Notes: generated by a model from the letters alone, not told the origin. Numbered from the stretch's first letter, positions 36,441 to 46,248 are shown. The stretch is DNA of 64,000 bases from Chlamydiae bacterium RIFCSPLOWO2_12_FULL_45_20 (GCA_001796285.1 MGMD01000001.1:10143-74142), one strand, 5' to 3'. Translations and numbers: made by a program.

Positions 36441-37195
36441 TCCGAATCAAACATCTTTGGAAGCGTTATGGCAAAGTCGACGTCTTAAAAGGCCTGAATC
36501 TAGAGGCCCATGCAGGAGAAATCCTCGTGATTTTGGGAAGGTCTGGCGTCGGTAAAAGCGTTCTTCTTCGGCATATTATCGGTATTGAAGCACCCGATAT
36601 TGGCTCGATTGAAGTGAATGGCGTTCAGATAACCAATCTCAGAAAACATCAAATATATAGCGCTGTACAAAACATGGGAATGCTCTTTCAGGGCTCTGCC
36701 CTCTTTGATTCTATGAACATTGAAGAAAATACAGCCTTCTATTTGCAGCAGCACGGAGATCTGAAAACGGGCAAAAAATTTCCCCCCGCGGTCATTAAGC
36801 AAAAAGTACAAGAAGCTTTACAAGTGGTCGGTTTAGAGGGCACCGAAAAAAAAATGCCCGCAGATCTTTCTGGAGGGATGCGTAAGCGAGCAGGACTGGC
36901 TAGGCTCATTGTATATCGCCCCTCTATCTTACTCTATGATGAACCGACAACAGGCTTGGATCCCATTACAGCCCAGCAAATCAACGAGCTCATTGTCAAC
37001 ACACAAAAAGATCTCAAGGGAACCAGTATCGTCGTAACCCATGATATTCACTCGGCCCTTTTTATTGGAGATCGACTCGCTCTTCATGAAGATGGGCAGA
37101 TCAAACATATTGCTGAGCCAGAAACATTTTTAAAAATTGACGACCCCATCATCCATTATTTACGAGCACTCTATAAGAGGAAAGGTAGCACATGA
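36437..37195 (+). CDS. mlaF: phospholipid ABC transporter ATP-binding protein MlaF
   Basis: Walker A GRSGVGKS, signature LSGGMRKR, Walker B LLYDEPTTGLD. ATGA overlap with mlaE. Confidence 0.9.
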   Translation: MIRIKHLWKRYGKVDVLKGLNLEAHAGEILVILGRSGVGKSVLLRHIIGIEAPDIGSIEVNGVQITNLRKHQIYSAVQNMGMLFQGSALFDSMNIEENTAFYLQQHGDLKTGKKFPPAVIKQKVQEALQVVGLEGTEKKMPADLSGGMRKRAGLARLIVYRPSILLYDEPTTGLDPITAQQINELIVNTQKDLKGTSIVVTHDIHSALFIGDRLALHEDGQIKHIAEPETFLKIDDPIIHYLRALYKRKGST

Positions 37196-38412
37196 CGGAC
37201 CGGGTAAAAAACATCTTGATCGGCCTTTTTGTCACAGGGGCTTTTTCCATTATTATTGCACTCGTTCTTTTTTTAAAACCCACTATTGGCGACGGGAAAA
37301 AACACCTGAGTGTGCGCTTTACGAATATCGCAGGCATTTCCCTAGGGACTAGAGTCACCTTTGCCGGTAAACCAGTCGGCGAGGTCGTCAGAATTGAGGA
37401 ACTGAAAAACGCAAGGAATGAAGCTGACGATCGGGGACGCATTTATTTGTACCAGCTCACTTTAAAGCTGGATTCCAGCATCGATGTATATAATAGCGAT
37501 GAGATCGCCATCAAAACAACCGGTCTTATGGGAGAAAAATCCATTGCTATTCTCCCTAAAACTTCGTTTGGCCCGCCAGCCCACGTGATTCACAACGAAA
37601 TTGTTTATGCCAATTCAATCGACCCTCTCGAAAACACATTTAATGAGATCACAAAAGTCGCCTATCGTTTAGAAAAGGCAATTTCAAGACTGGATCTTTG
37701 GTTTGACGATAATCAATCCTTCCTGACCAGCGCGCTTCGCTCTTTTGATGGAGCGATGGGGCAAATCGATACAGTATTAAGTCTGATAGACCAAGAAAAA
37801 CTCCTTCCAACCATTCGGCAGTCCTCAGAGCTTCTCAATGACAACCTGAGTCTCATCCGTACCTCCCTTGAAGAAGGTCATTTACTCCAGAAACTAGTGT
37901 CTCTAACGGAGAATCTCGACCAAGCAACCGATCTTTTCAATACGGATGGCGCTCCCCTTTTGCGAAATCTCCATCAAATCTCTCGAGATATTTCCTCAGG
38001 CTCTGGCACAGTGGGGAGGTTTTTGACCAATGACGACTTCTACTTAAGAGTCACCTCCCTCATGAATAAGGGAGAGACTCTCATGAACGATCTCAACCAC
38101 TACGGCCTTCTTTACCAATATAATAAAACATGGCAAAAAGCGAGAACTCGGAAGGCAAATTTTGTCAAAGCCTTGGATACGCCTCAAGAATTTAGAAACT
38201 ACTTTGAAGGGGAAATCGATTCGATGACCACTTCCTTGGGAAGACTTTCAGAGCTTATGGATCGGGCTGGAAACGAAGACCGAGCGCAAATAGCACAAAG
38301 TAGCGCCTTTAAAAAAGACTTCGCCTCCCTCATGAGACAGGTGCAAGGGCTGACCGATTCGCTCAAACTCTACAATGAAGAGCTCATTGCTAAGAGCGAA
38401 CTTGAAGATTGA
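37192..38412 (+). CDS. mlaD: MCE-domain substrate-binding protein MlaD with long helical C-terminal extension
   Basis: N-terminal TM, then MCE core VRFTNIAGISLGTRVTFAGKPVGEVVRIE, followed by about 280 further residues of helical sequence. ATGA overlap with mlaF. Confidence 0.8.
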   Translation: MTDRVKNILIGLFVTGAFSIIIALVLFLKPTIGDGKKHLSVRFTNIAGISLGTRVTFAGKPVGEVVRIEELKNARNEADDRGRIYLYQLTLKLDSSIDVYNSDEIAIKTTGLMGEKSIAILPKTSFGPPAHVIHNEIVYANSIDPLENTFNEITKVAYRLEKAISRLDLWFDDNQSFLTSALRSFDGAMGQIDTVLSLIDQEKLLPTIRQSSELLNDNLSLIRTSLEEGHLLQKLVSLTENLDQATDLFNTDGAPLLRNLHQISRDISSGSGTVGRFLTNDDFYLRVTSLMNKGETLMNDLNHYGLLYQYNKTWQKARTRKANFVKALDTPQEFRNYFEGEIDSMTTSLGRLSELMDRAGNEDRAQIAQSSAFKKDFASLMRQVQGLTDSLKLYNEELIAKSELED

Positions 38413-40525
38413 CAAGCTCCCCCAATTGTTTAAGAATTTCGCCGCCCTGCTTTTTCATACACGCATCGACCCGCTCTAGCATAGAAAGTGTACGGTTGAG
38501 TCTTTCAGCATCGACCACCCTTTCTCTTATCAAAAGAGCGGGCGCATAAAGAAGCCATCGGAGAAAATCATGCTCCTCTTTGTTCGTCAAGCCAGAGTGA
38601 AGAAGCTGAATAAACCCATAAAAAGCCCCTGTTGCAGTAGCGCCTACATCAATCCCATCTTTACAGGTAAAGCTGATCGATGAAGGATCGATCATCTCAA
38701 TACACTTCAAAATAAAAAACTGATAAAAAATCTCGATAAAATCTTCCCGATTGGGCCTAGTCAAGGTCAGCTTACCTTCAAAAAAAAGCTCGTGAATGAG
38801 GGGCACAAGAGCCTCGGAAAAACGAGCCAGCTCCGCTTTCTTTAACCTTGGAGGTAAAAAGATGCCGCATTCCTCAGAAGAAGCAAATTGATCTCCCAAA
38901 GCCTTGAGAAAATCCTTCGCCTGATGCAAGTTGAGATACTCATGGTTCTGGTAGTAGAAAGCAGTATCCTTTGCAAGGGTCAGGACAATGAGTTCTGAAC
39001 TACATTCAGCACTCATTTGAAGCGCCTCTAACGCTTTACACCGTGCAAACTCTTTCCACGAAGTTCGATCTTGAAGGTTGATCATCAGATGCCTTTGTCC
39101 TTTTGTAAAAGACCTCAAAAACCCGCGGAACTCATCCACTATTTCAGCCTTATTGATCACGGATTGGCGAGTAGGACAAGGAAGCCTTATTACCTGGGTC
39201 TTCTTCGTTCCCCGCTCTAACTGAAATTGGGTCAAAGGCAAGTTCCCCTGCCCTATCGGGTCAAATGGAATATAACTGTCTTCCTCTTGTTCCTCACGAA
39301 TGAGATCCAATATTTTAAACAAAGGACCATTGGGAAACTTAGCCAAAAGAGCTCGCATCTTTTCATCATCAAGACTCAGCTGATTCCAAAGCCCCCCCCC
39401 CTTCAAAAGACGCTCCCCTTCCTTCTTTTTCTCATCTTCCCCACGGCGCATCGTGCGGTAAATGAGGCCGATCGTCTCCCGCTTTACACCACCAACGCGA
39501 TCGAAAAGACCTTTGGAAAGAGCATGGACAAGATGCAAAAGAACCAGCGACACTTTATCACTGGGATCAGGCGGATAGGCAATGAGCTTTTGATATTCTG
39601 CAGTGCGCATCGCACGTCTTAAAAAACTAAGAAAATCATCAAAATATTGAAAAGAGCTTTTCCCCAACGTATTTTGGAGAAGATGCCTCGGGTTGGCCGC
39701 TAAAAAAAGAGCCATCAGAGCCATCCCTAATTCTTCAGAAAATCCATGCCCTATCAAGCTATGGGCTTGTCGGTAATATTCCCCAATAGCCGAATGACAT
39801 TCCGCCAAAATTTGCCCTGCCGAAGCATGAACGTCACGATCTTGCATCGTTCGCACTTTTAACAAGGGATCTTCTTCAAAAGACTCTCCATTAAGATCAA
39901 AGTCGCAGGAGAGTTTAATATTGCGAACGATTTGCGGATCAAAATAAGGCTGCCCATCCTCCTTCCGAATGTAAAAAAGCTCATACTCTAAATCCCTCTG
40001 AATCGCCTCAAAATCCTTAAAACCGACCCCGCTAACATCGAGAAACCCCTCCTCTTCCCACCCCTCTATTCCTTCCGGAATACGACTGGCAAAATACTGA
40101 AAGTAAAACGTTTGAAGAGCTTTAAATGCTTCTCGAGAATGGATGGGAATCTCAAGAGGTTGTCCTAAACGAAAGGCTAAAAACGCATCCACCTTGTCGG
40201 CTGACTCCCCCACCAAATCCATCATCGCAGCAATCCCTTTTCGAATCTTGTCACTTTCCCAATCCACTTCAGGATTGTCATGGATAGCCAGAAGATGCTG
40301 GTGTATCGCCCGATACGTGAGATCCAAAATGGCCACAATAGGCTCACTCCCTTCCCCACTCAGCCATTCAACAGTATGGGGACCAAATTCTTCCTCACTT
40401 GTTACAATCCGTCGCTCTTTCACAATGCCGATCGGAAGTGGATTGTCCATGTCTAGGTTGGCGATAGCCGCTAGATTATCCATCGCGTCTTGAATTGCAA
40501 TTGTTTGCTTTTCTTTATATGCCAT
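38390..40525 (-). CDS. large soluble hypothetical protein (711 aa), no recognised domain
   Basis: Single long ORF with no TM segments. Contains a G10 homopolymer (39392..39401) encoding KGGGL. AT-rich promoter region upstream. Confidence 0.6.
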   Translation of the reverse strand: MAYKEKQTIAIQDAMDNLAAIANLDMDNPLPIGIVKERRIVTSEEEFGPHTVEWLSGEGSEPIVAILDLTYRAIHQHLLAIHDNPEVDWESDKIRKGIAAMMDLVGESADKVDAFLAFRLGQPLEIPIHSREAFKALQTFYFQYFASRIPEGIEGWEEEGFLDVSGVGFKDFEAIQRDLEYELFYIRKEDGQPYFDPQIVRNIKLSCDFDLNGESFEEDPLLKVRTMQDRDVHASAGQILAECHSAIGEYYRQAHSLIGHGFSEELGMALMALFLAANPRHLLQNTLGKSSFQYFDDFLSFLRRAMRTAEYQKLIAYPPDPSDKVSLVLLHLVHALSKGLFDRVGGVKRETIGLIYRTMRRGEDEKKKEGERLLKGGGLWNQLSLDDEKMRALLAKFPNGPLFKILDLIREEQEEDSYIPFDPIGQGNLPLTQFQLERGTKKTQVIRLPCPTRQSVINKAEIVDEFRGFLRSFTKGQRHLMINLQDRTSWKEFARCKALEALQMSAECSSELIVLTLAKDTAFYYQNHEYLNLHQAKDFLKALGDQFASSEECGIFLPPRLKKAELARFSEALVPLIHELFFEGKLTLTRPNREDFIEIFYQFFILKCIEMIDPSSISFTCKDGIDVGATATGAFYGFIQLLHSGLTNKEEHDFLRWLLYAPALLIRERVVDAERLNRTLSMLERVDACMKKQGGEILKQLGELVNLQVRS

Positions 40526-40643
40526 AATTTAATTATGTATTAGCAAGTTAATTATTTTCAAACAATAATACACATATCTTAATTGTAAATACTTACAATA
40601 CTTATTCCATTAAAATAATATTATAATTAAAATTTTAATTAGT

Positions 40644-41777
40644 ATGTGGTTGTTAATTAGAGCGCTCACCGCCCCGTTAATCAGTCTCATCTTTGTGATG
40701 ATTGCAAGCGGCTTTTTCAATACCTTTGTATCCATCCGCCTAGAGATAGCGGGAGTAGGGCCCGAGGGGATTGGCTTTGTGACTTCTGCACTCTATGCAG
40801 GCATTTTAATCGGCTCTCTTTATATGGATCGATGGGTCATGAAAGTGGGACACATCCGATCCTTTGTGACCCTGGTCAGTATTTTAACGAGTCTATGCTT
40901 ACTGCAAGCACTCTGGATTGCCCCTTGGTATTGGGCGACCCTTCGTTTAATGGGGGGAATTTGCACGGCCGGAGTTTTTATTATCATTGAAAGCTGGCTT
41001 TTGATACAAAGCGGGCCTAAGCTACGAAGCCGTATTCTTTCTGTCTACCTCATGATATTGTATGGCGCTGTTTCACTGGGCCAACTGCTCATCGATGCAG
41101 CAGATCCTTTAAGCTTTTTCCCTTTTATCCTTGCAGCACTTCTCGTCGCCTGTTCGATTTTGCCGATTACGGTCAAAAAAGTTACAGAACCTTTGATGAA
41201 GGAAGCAGAAAGACTCAATCTCCTTCAGCTCTTTCGCACCTCTCCCTTAGGATTTGTGGGGGGGATCATTTCGGGCATGCTTCTTTCTGTAGTATTTGGT
41301 CTTGCCCCTGTCTATGCTAAGGAAATGGGGATGAGTATTTCAGAAATTGGAACTTTTATGGCTGTTTTGATTTTTGGGGGGTTAAGCCTTCAATGGCCTG
41401 TGGGCAGATGGGCAGACAAGGCAGATCGCCGGTGCGTGATTAGAGCCATGGGTTTTCTTTCTTCTTTTATAGGGCTTGGATTTATATGGGCGGGAGATTC
41501 TTATCTTTTGCACCTTGTTCTTGCCTGGCTCTTGGGAGCCTTTTCCTTCACATTATATCCACTTAGCATGGCGTATGCTTGTGAGCGGGTCCAAGAATCG
41601 CAAATCATTGCAGCCACTGGAGGCTTTGTCCTTTCCTACGGGATAGGAGCCATCTGCGGTCCTTTGATGGCTCCCATTGCCATAAATCTGTTTGGACCTT
41701 TAGGGCTATTTTATTTTCTGACAGGAATTACGACTATCCTTGGCGTAGTTAGCTTTAAGAGTCAGTGCGCTTTGTAG
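40644..41777 (+). CDS. MFS transporter (12-TM type)
   Basis: 377-aa polytopic ORF with the MDRWVMKVGHIRSF loop (motif A-like) and a WADKADRR loop in the second half. Confidence 0.7.
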   Translation: MWLLIRALTAPLISLIFVMIASGFFNTFVSIRLEIAGVGPEGIGFVTSALYAGILIGSLYMDRWVMKVGHIRSFVTLVSILTSLCLLQALWIAPWYWATLRLMGGICTAGVFIIIESWLLIQSGPKLRSRILSVYLMILYGAVSLGQLLIDAADPLSFFPFILAALLVACSILPITVKKVTEPLMKEAERLNLLQLFRTSPLGFVGGIISGMLLSVVFGLAPVYAKEMGMSISEIGTFMAVLIFGGLSLQWPVGRWADKADRRCVIRAMGFLSSFIGLGFIWAGDSYLLHLVLAWLLGAFSFTLYPLSMAYACERVQESQIIAATGGFVLSYGIGAICGPLMAPIAINLFGPLGLFYFLTGITTILGVVSFKSQCAL

Positions 41778-42133
41778 TGCTTCCATTCTAAATGATTACT
41801 TAAAAAAGCAACGCTCCAAACCATCAGTCCCCCTATCACGACCCCCCAGGGACTCACCACTCGAACGCCAAAGGGAATCATCGCAATCACAAGAAATGCG
41901 CCAAAACTAACCACAAAAGTAGTCATCGCCAATTTGAAATGGGTGATCTTGAGCTCCAGGATCGCTAAAAAGAAAAAGACCGAAGCATTTAAAAATCCCA
42001 CAATGAGGGAAAAGAGAATATCAGCCCCAATATTCGGAACGTCTTCATAAGTCATCACCATTACCCCAGGGGCCACTCGATCAACAAAAAAAACAATGAG
42101 AAAATTGAGAAAAAAACTTCGGATATAACTCAT
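41762..42133 (-). CDS. 4-TM small membrane protein (DUF360 / holin-IV-superfamily-like), tandem paralog B
   Basis: 123-aa ORF. FLNFLIVFFVDRVAPGVMV...ADILFSLIVGFLNASVFFFL parallels the neighbouring paralog. Confidence 0.55.
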   Translation of the reverse strand: MSYIRSFFLNFLIVFFVDRVAPGVMVMTYEDVPNIGADILFSLIVGFLNASVFFFLAILELKITHFKLAMTTFVVSFGAFLVIAMIPFGVRVVSPWGVVIGGLMVWSVAFLSNHLEWKHYKAH

Positions 42134-42522
42134 GGAAAGGGGCTGGGATTTTTAGGTTGACTCTGTTTCATTTCGAAATAGTTGGAAAGAAAGCCAATGA
42201 CCGTCACAACAAAAGCTAGGATCACGTAGCCCTGTATCGTCATGATTTTAATCCCAGAAGAAGGGATCAGCTTAATAACGGCGTAGGCAACAAAGTTGAG
42301 AATCAAACAGGCGATCGCGACTTTTACCTCCCCCACTTCTTTCTGAAGCAGCCTAAGCACCGGATAGACCAGCATATTCAAAACGGCTAAGCTGGCCGCA
42401 AACATCACATCACCTCCTATGTGAGGCAATTTCGTCGGATAGACGATCATAGTCCCTGGAATCACGTGATTCGCAAAGAAAATAAGCAAAAAATTCATCA
42501 CTAAGCTCTTGAGATAAACCAT
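42130..42522 (-). CDS. 4-TM small membrane protein (DUF360 / holin-IV-superfamily-like), tandem paralog A
   Basis: 130-aa ORF. VMNFLLIFFANHVIPGTMI...GDVMFAASLAVLNMLVYPVL. ATGA overlap with paralog B. Confidence 0.55.
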   Translation of the reverse strand: MVYLKSLVMNFLLIFFANHVIPGTMIVYPTKLPHIGGDVMFAASLAVLNMLVYPVLRLLQKEVGEVKVAIACLILNFVAYAVIKLIPSSGIKIMTIQGYVILAFVVTVIGFLSNYFEMKQSQPKNPSPFP

Positions 42523-42572
42523 GGTAGTCCTGTTATACTCCTTGCCCAGGAAAAGGGCTCCTCAAATAGAAG

Positions 42573-44135
42573 ATGTACACGTTGTTACGTTACCAGAAAT
42601 TTCTTTACTTTGCCAAGAGATGGTTTTTTCTCCTCTTCCTCGCTTTAGTTACCTGTAGCCATCCCGCTCCCCAAAAAGCGAACCGCCTCAGGCTTTCCTT
42701 TAATACGCAACCCACGACCCTCGACCCAAGAAAATGCGCGGACTTCGTCTCATCCACCTTAGTTTGCATGACATATGAGGGGCTCACTCGCTGCCTTCCT
42801 GCAGGCGAGGTGGAGCCTGCCCTGGCAGATAAAGTGGAAATCTCCTCTGATCAGCTCGTGTATACCTTTCATCTGAGAAAAGCCTTCTGGTCAGACGGGC
42901 AACCCATAACTGCCTATGATTTTGAAAAGTCGTGGAAGGAGGTTCTAGAACCCCCGAGCGCTTCCGCATTTCTTTTCTATCCGATCAAAAATGTTGAAAA
43001 ATGTGTAAGCGGGGCAGTCAGCGTCAATGAAGTGGGGATTTATGCGCTTAATCAAGACACTCTAAGAGTAGTGCTTGAGTATCCAACTCCCTATTTTTAC
43101 AATTTGACCGCCTTTCCATCTTTTCTAGCAGCTCCTGCTCATGCCCATCCAGAAGAGGCATCGGTTGTCAGCGGTCCTTATCTTTACGCCAAGGCCCCTA
43201 AAATCAGCGACATTCTTCTGGTAAAAAACCCTTTCTATTGGAACTCTAACGCCATCTCCATTGATGAGATAGAAATCAGTATTGTCCCTGACGAGTCCAC
43301 AGCGCTAGAAATGTTTGAAAATGGAGAGCTAGATTGGCTAGGAGGCCCGCTTTGTCCATTACCACCGGACGCAGTAGAAAAGCTCAAAAACCAGCTGATT
43401 TTTGTTCCCAATGCCGCAACGACCTTTATAACCTTCAATACGCAAGAACCCCCTTTTAACAATCTTAAAATGAGAAAAGCGTTTTCTTGTGCAATCGATA
43501 GAGAAGAAATCGTAAAAAAAATAACGCAAACGGGCCAAATGGCAGCAACGTCCATCCTCCCCCCAACCTTCTCCAAGCAACGCTTTCTCCTTTCAGATTT
43601 AGAGCAAGCAAAAGGGCTATTTCGAGAAGCGTTAGAAGAGATGCACATCACGCCTCAAACCTTAAATGCCCTTGTCCTCTATTATCGTCCTACTCAAATG
43701 GAAAAAAGACTCGCTCAGACAATACAAAGACAATGGGAAGAGGCCTTTGGGATTTCTATCCAGCTCGCCCAACTCGATCACAAAAGCCATACCCATCGGC
43801 TCCAAACAAGGGATTACCACATCTCTTTAGCTTCTTGGATTGCCCAATTTGACGACCCCATCAGCCTTCTTTCCCGCTTTAAAGACTCTCAAAATCTGAA
43901 AAACTATCCTGGCTGGGAAGACAACTTCTATACGCGCCTTCTCACCCTCTCGAACACCTCAGACAATAGAAAGGAAATTCTCGCCCAAGCAGAACTGCTC
44001 TTTAAAGAAGCAATGCCTCTATCCCCCATCTATCACTGGAACTCTCCTGCAATCTGCAGCCCCCGCATAGCGTTCATCGCGACAACGCCTTGTGGTGGCG
44101 TTCTATTTGAAAGATTTAGACTTAATGCACAGTGA
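42573..44135 (+). CDS. ABC transporter substrate-binding lipoprotein, family 5 (OppA/DppA-like)
   Basis: Lipobox-like LALVTCS, then LRLSFNTQPTTLDPRK and the overall SBP_bac_5 pattern. No cognate permease or ATPase in the window. Confidence 0.8.
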   Translation: MYTLLRYQKFLYFAKRWFFLLFLALVTCSHPAPQKANRLRLSFNTQPTTLDPRKCADFVSSTLVCMTYEGLTRCLPAGEVEPALADKVEISSDQLVYTFHLRKAFWSDGQPITAYDFEKSWKEVLEPPSASAFLFYPIKNVEKCVSGAVSVNEVGIYALNQDTLRVVLEYPTPYFYNLTAFPSFLAAPAHAHPEEASVVSGPYLYAKAPKISDILLVKNPFYWNSNAISIDEIEISIVPDESTALEMFENGELDWLGGPLCPLPPDAVEKLKNQLIFVPNAATTFITFNTQEPPFNNLKMRKAFSCAIDREEIVKKITQTGQMAATSILPPTFSKQRFLLSDLEQAKGLFREALEEMHITPQTLNALVLYYRPTQMEKRLAQTIQRQWEEAFGISIQLAQLDHKSHTHRLQTRDYHISLASWIAQFDDPISLLSRFKDSQNLKNYPGWEDNFYTRLLTLSNTSDNRKEILAQAELLFKEAMPLSPIYHWNSPAICSPRIAFIATTPCGGVLFERFRLNAQ

Positions 44136-44922
44136 TCGTTTCAGATACATCGTTAAACTCACCTGGCACTCGCTTGTCCTGAGCGTCCAGCAACTCCAGC
44201 CGCACCGTATGCCTGCCCTTTTTCAGTCCATAGATATAATAGGGTTGCCATGCAGTGAGGAGACGATGAAAGGTGCCATCAACAGTTAGGCGTACCTTAT
44301 AACCGTCTTGGCTAAGCTCTGTATTGGTCACATAAAAATCTAAGAGTACAGGCTTCCCCTCAAGAAGAGGCATCAAAGGGCTGGGCTCATTATAAGTAAT
44401 ATAGGGTTGACTCAGATCCATCTTCCGATTGGATTCCTCAGCATTCACATAAAAGCTCAGCGCTACAAAAGTATTTTCTCCTTTTAAACTCTCCCCATAG
44501 GATCTCGCAGGGAACATGCGGAGGGTATGCATCCCCGATCCTAATCGATAGGGCAGATCAAACTTGTAGCTCATATCGTAATAGAATCCTGATTCATCCA
44601 GTGGGTCAATCGCTGGCTTGTTAATCGGAATATAAGAGCGATTGTCAAGGATGACGTGAATCGTTTGCCCCATGTCTGAATTCACAAGCTCCCCCGCTCT
44701 TTCAAACGGAGAGGGAGCACCAAGAGCAAAACCATCGATCCGAAATTGGATCCCAACGGGGTTACTAACAACCTGTCCCTCCTCTGGAATCGCAATTTTT
44801 AAGATAATAGTACTGGATTCGGGCGTGCTGGGAACTATCATCGTTCGAAGACTGGAATCCATCGATGATGGTTCCTTACTCGCAGCCATCGCGAATAAAA
44901 GAGTCGCCAAGAGATTTAGCAT
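44122..44922 (-). CDS. secreted hypothetical protein
   Basis: 266-aa ORF with signal-like MLNLLATLLFAMAAS. Beta-rich composition; no family recognised. Confidence 0.5.
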   Translation of the reverse strand: MLNLLATLLFAMAASKEPSSMDSSLRTMIVPSTPESSTIILKIAIPEEGQVVSNPVGIQFRIDGFALGAPSPFERAGELVNSDMGQTIHVILDNRSYIPINKPAIDPLDESGFYYDMSYKFDLPYRLGSGMHTLRMFPARSYGESLKGENTFVALSFYVNAEESNRKMDLSQPYITYNEPSPLMPLLEGKPVLLDFYVTNTELSQDGYKVRLTVDGTFHRLLTAWQPYYIYGLKKGRHTVRLELLDAQDKRVPGEFNDVSETITVH

Positions 44923-45009
44923 ATTCGCTCTATGTTAATAGACAAAACCCAGCCTACACAAGTTTTTGTAAACTTGATTAAATCTTACCGTTTCAGCTAG
45001 TTTCAAGCT

Positions 45010-45405
45010 ATGAGAAAGAGTTGGTTTTTGCTTCTTCTCTCTCCTTGCTGGCTGTTTTCCCAAAACACCAACACCTACTTCGGCCCTAATGAGCCCATCC
45101 CCGGAGATCCCCAACTGGTGAGGGTCCAGATTTTGGTCTATGACGACCCAAACCCAAAAGGGGTCCAGATGACAAGTGTCACTTTGAACCACGAAGATAT
45201 TCCCTTAAAACCGAGAGATATCTACGGGTATCGAGGGCAGGCCAGTTTTCAGCTACGCCCAGGCAAGTATAAGCTGTACTGGGAAGTCAACCAAGACGAT
45301 CAAACTTGGCCCCGAACGATACAACATGAAGAAGAGGTGTTCCTCGATCCACGGGATGCTTGGATTCAGATTACCGTCATTGGAAATGAAGCCTCCATTT
45401 CTTAG
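45010..45405 (+). CDS. small secreted hypothetical protein
   Basis: 131-aa ORF with signal-like MRKSWFLLLLSPCWLFS. No family recognised. Confidence 0.5.
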   Translation: MRKSWFLLLLSPCWLFSQNTNTYFGPNEPIPGDPQLVRVQILVYDDPNPKGVQMTSVTLNHEDIPLKPRDIYGYRGQASFQLRPGKYKLYWEVNQDDQTWPRTIQHEEEVFLDPRDAWIQITVIGNEASIS

Positions 45406-46187
45406 GGACTGTAAAATGAGGATATTTTTTGCGCTGTGCGCTTGGAGAAAAGTAAGCTCGCATGCCCGAGATCTTTAAAGATATAATGAGGGTTCTCTAG
45501 AAGGCATGCGCTGACCCCAGGAATCACGAGTTGGTCACTGTGTGTGGCAATGTGTTGAAAGCGAATAAGAGAATTTCCTTTAAGAGCTCTATGTAATTCT
45601 TCAATAAATGGAGATTTAGGTCGCATTTCTTTCGCATTAGGCCCCATTCCCAGCCACGCTACTGGAGTCCCTTGAAGCGGGGATGCAATCGTAACGATAT
45701 CCTTTATGAGCCGACCCTTATCAAGCTGAACGCCACACCAAAGAGCCACCAGTCCTCCCATTGAATGCCCAATTAAAATGATATCGTCCCGATGGGTGTC
45801 TTGGGCGATCTGATCCACTTTACTCTTTACTATTTCTGCATAGCGATAAATCGATTGAAATGGGTGGCCCAAAGAGATCGTATACAAGGGACCGAAGCCA
45901 AGGGATTTGAGCCACTTTTTTTGAAACCACCACACATTCGGGTGATTCATATACCCGTGCACTAGCAAGACAGGTCGCCCTTCTCCTAAAACCAGCGGTT
46001 TTGAAGGGAAAAATCTTAAAATAAATACCACAAAAAAGGCCATGCACTCCAACGTCAGGGCATGCGCCCAGTAAATAGGGCGGTTATAGGGAATATGCGG
46101 CGCCAGGAATTTGAGCACCTTCACACCCACTATCCAAGCAAAAAACCAAGCCCAACAGGGCACTCCTTGCACCATAAATCTACGCAT
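45402..46187 (-). CDS. alpha/beta-hydrolase (lipase/esterase-like) with N-terminal TM
   Basis: Nucleophile elbow LIGHSMGG, an upstream VLLVHGY oxyanion region, and N-terminal TM WAWFFAWIVGVKVL. Start set at ATG 46187; the track's 46280 would overlap divergent glk and would read through the (TG)7 tract. Confidence 0.7.
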   Translation of the reverse strand: MRRFMVQGVPCWAWFFAWIVGVKVLKFLAPHIPYNRPIYWAHALTLECMAFFVVFILRFFPSKPLVLGEGRPVLLVHGYMNHPNVWWFQKKWLKSLGFGPLYTISLGHPFQSIYRYAEIVKSKVDQIAQDTHRDDIILIGHSMGGLVALWCGVQLDKGRLIKDIVTIASPLQGTPVAWLGMGPNAKEMRPKSPFIEELHRALKGNSLIRFQHIATHSDQLVIPGVSACLLENPHYIFKDLGHASLLFSKRTAQKISSFYSP

Positions 46188-46230
46188 GCTAGCATCCAAC
46201 TCGGGGAATGGCAAGGATTTTGAACTTCCT

Positions 46231-46244
46231 TGTGTGTGTGTGTG
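46231..46244. repeat. (TG)7 dinucleotide repeat
   Basis: tgtgtgtgtgtgtg ends 4 nt upstream of the glk ATG, in the divergent hydrolase/glk control region. Confidence 0.95.
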
Positions 46245-46248
46245 GAAT

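Noticed and set aside
46111-46248. N-terminal extension of glk (track start 46111)
   Set aside because: ROK kinases begin at the xxIGIDIGGT motif, as ATG 46249 does. The extension would overlap the divergent hydrolase gene.
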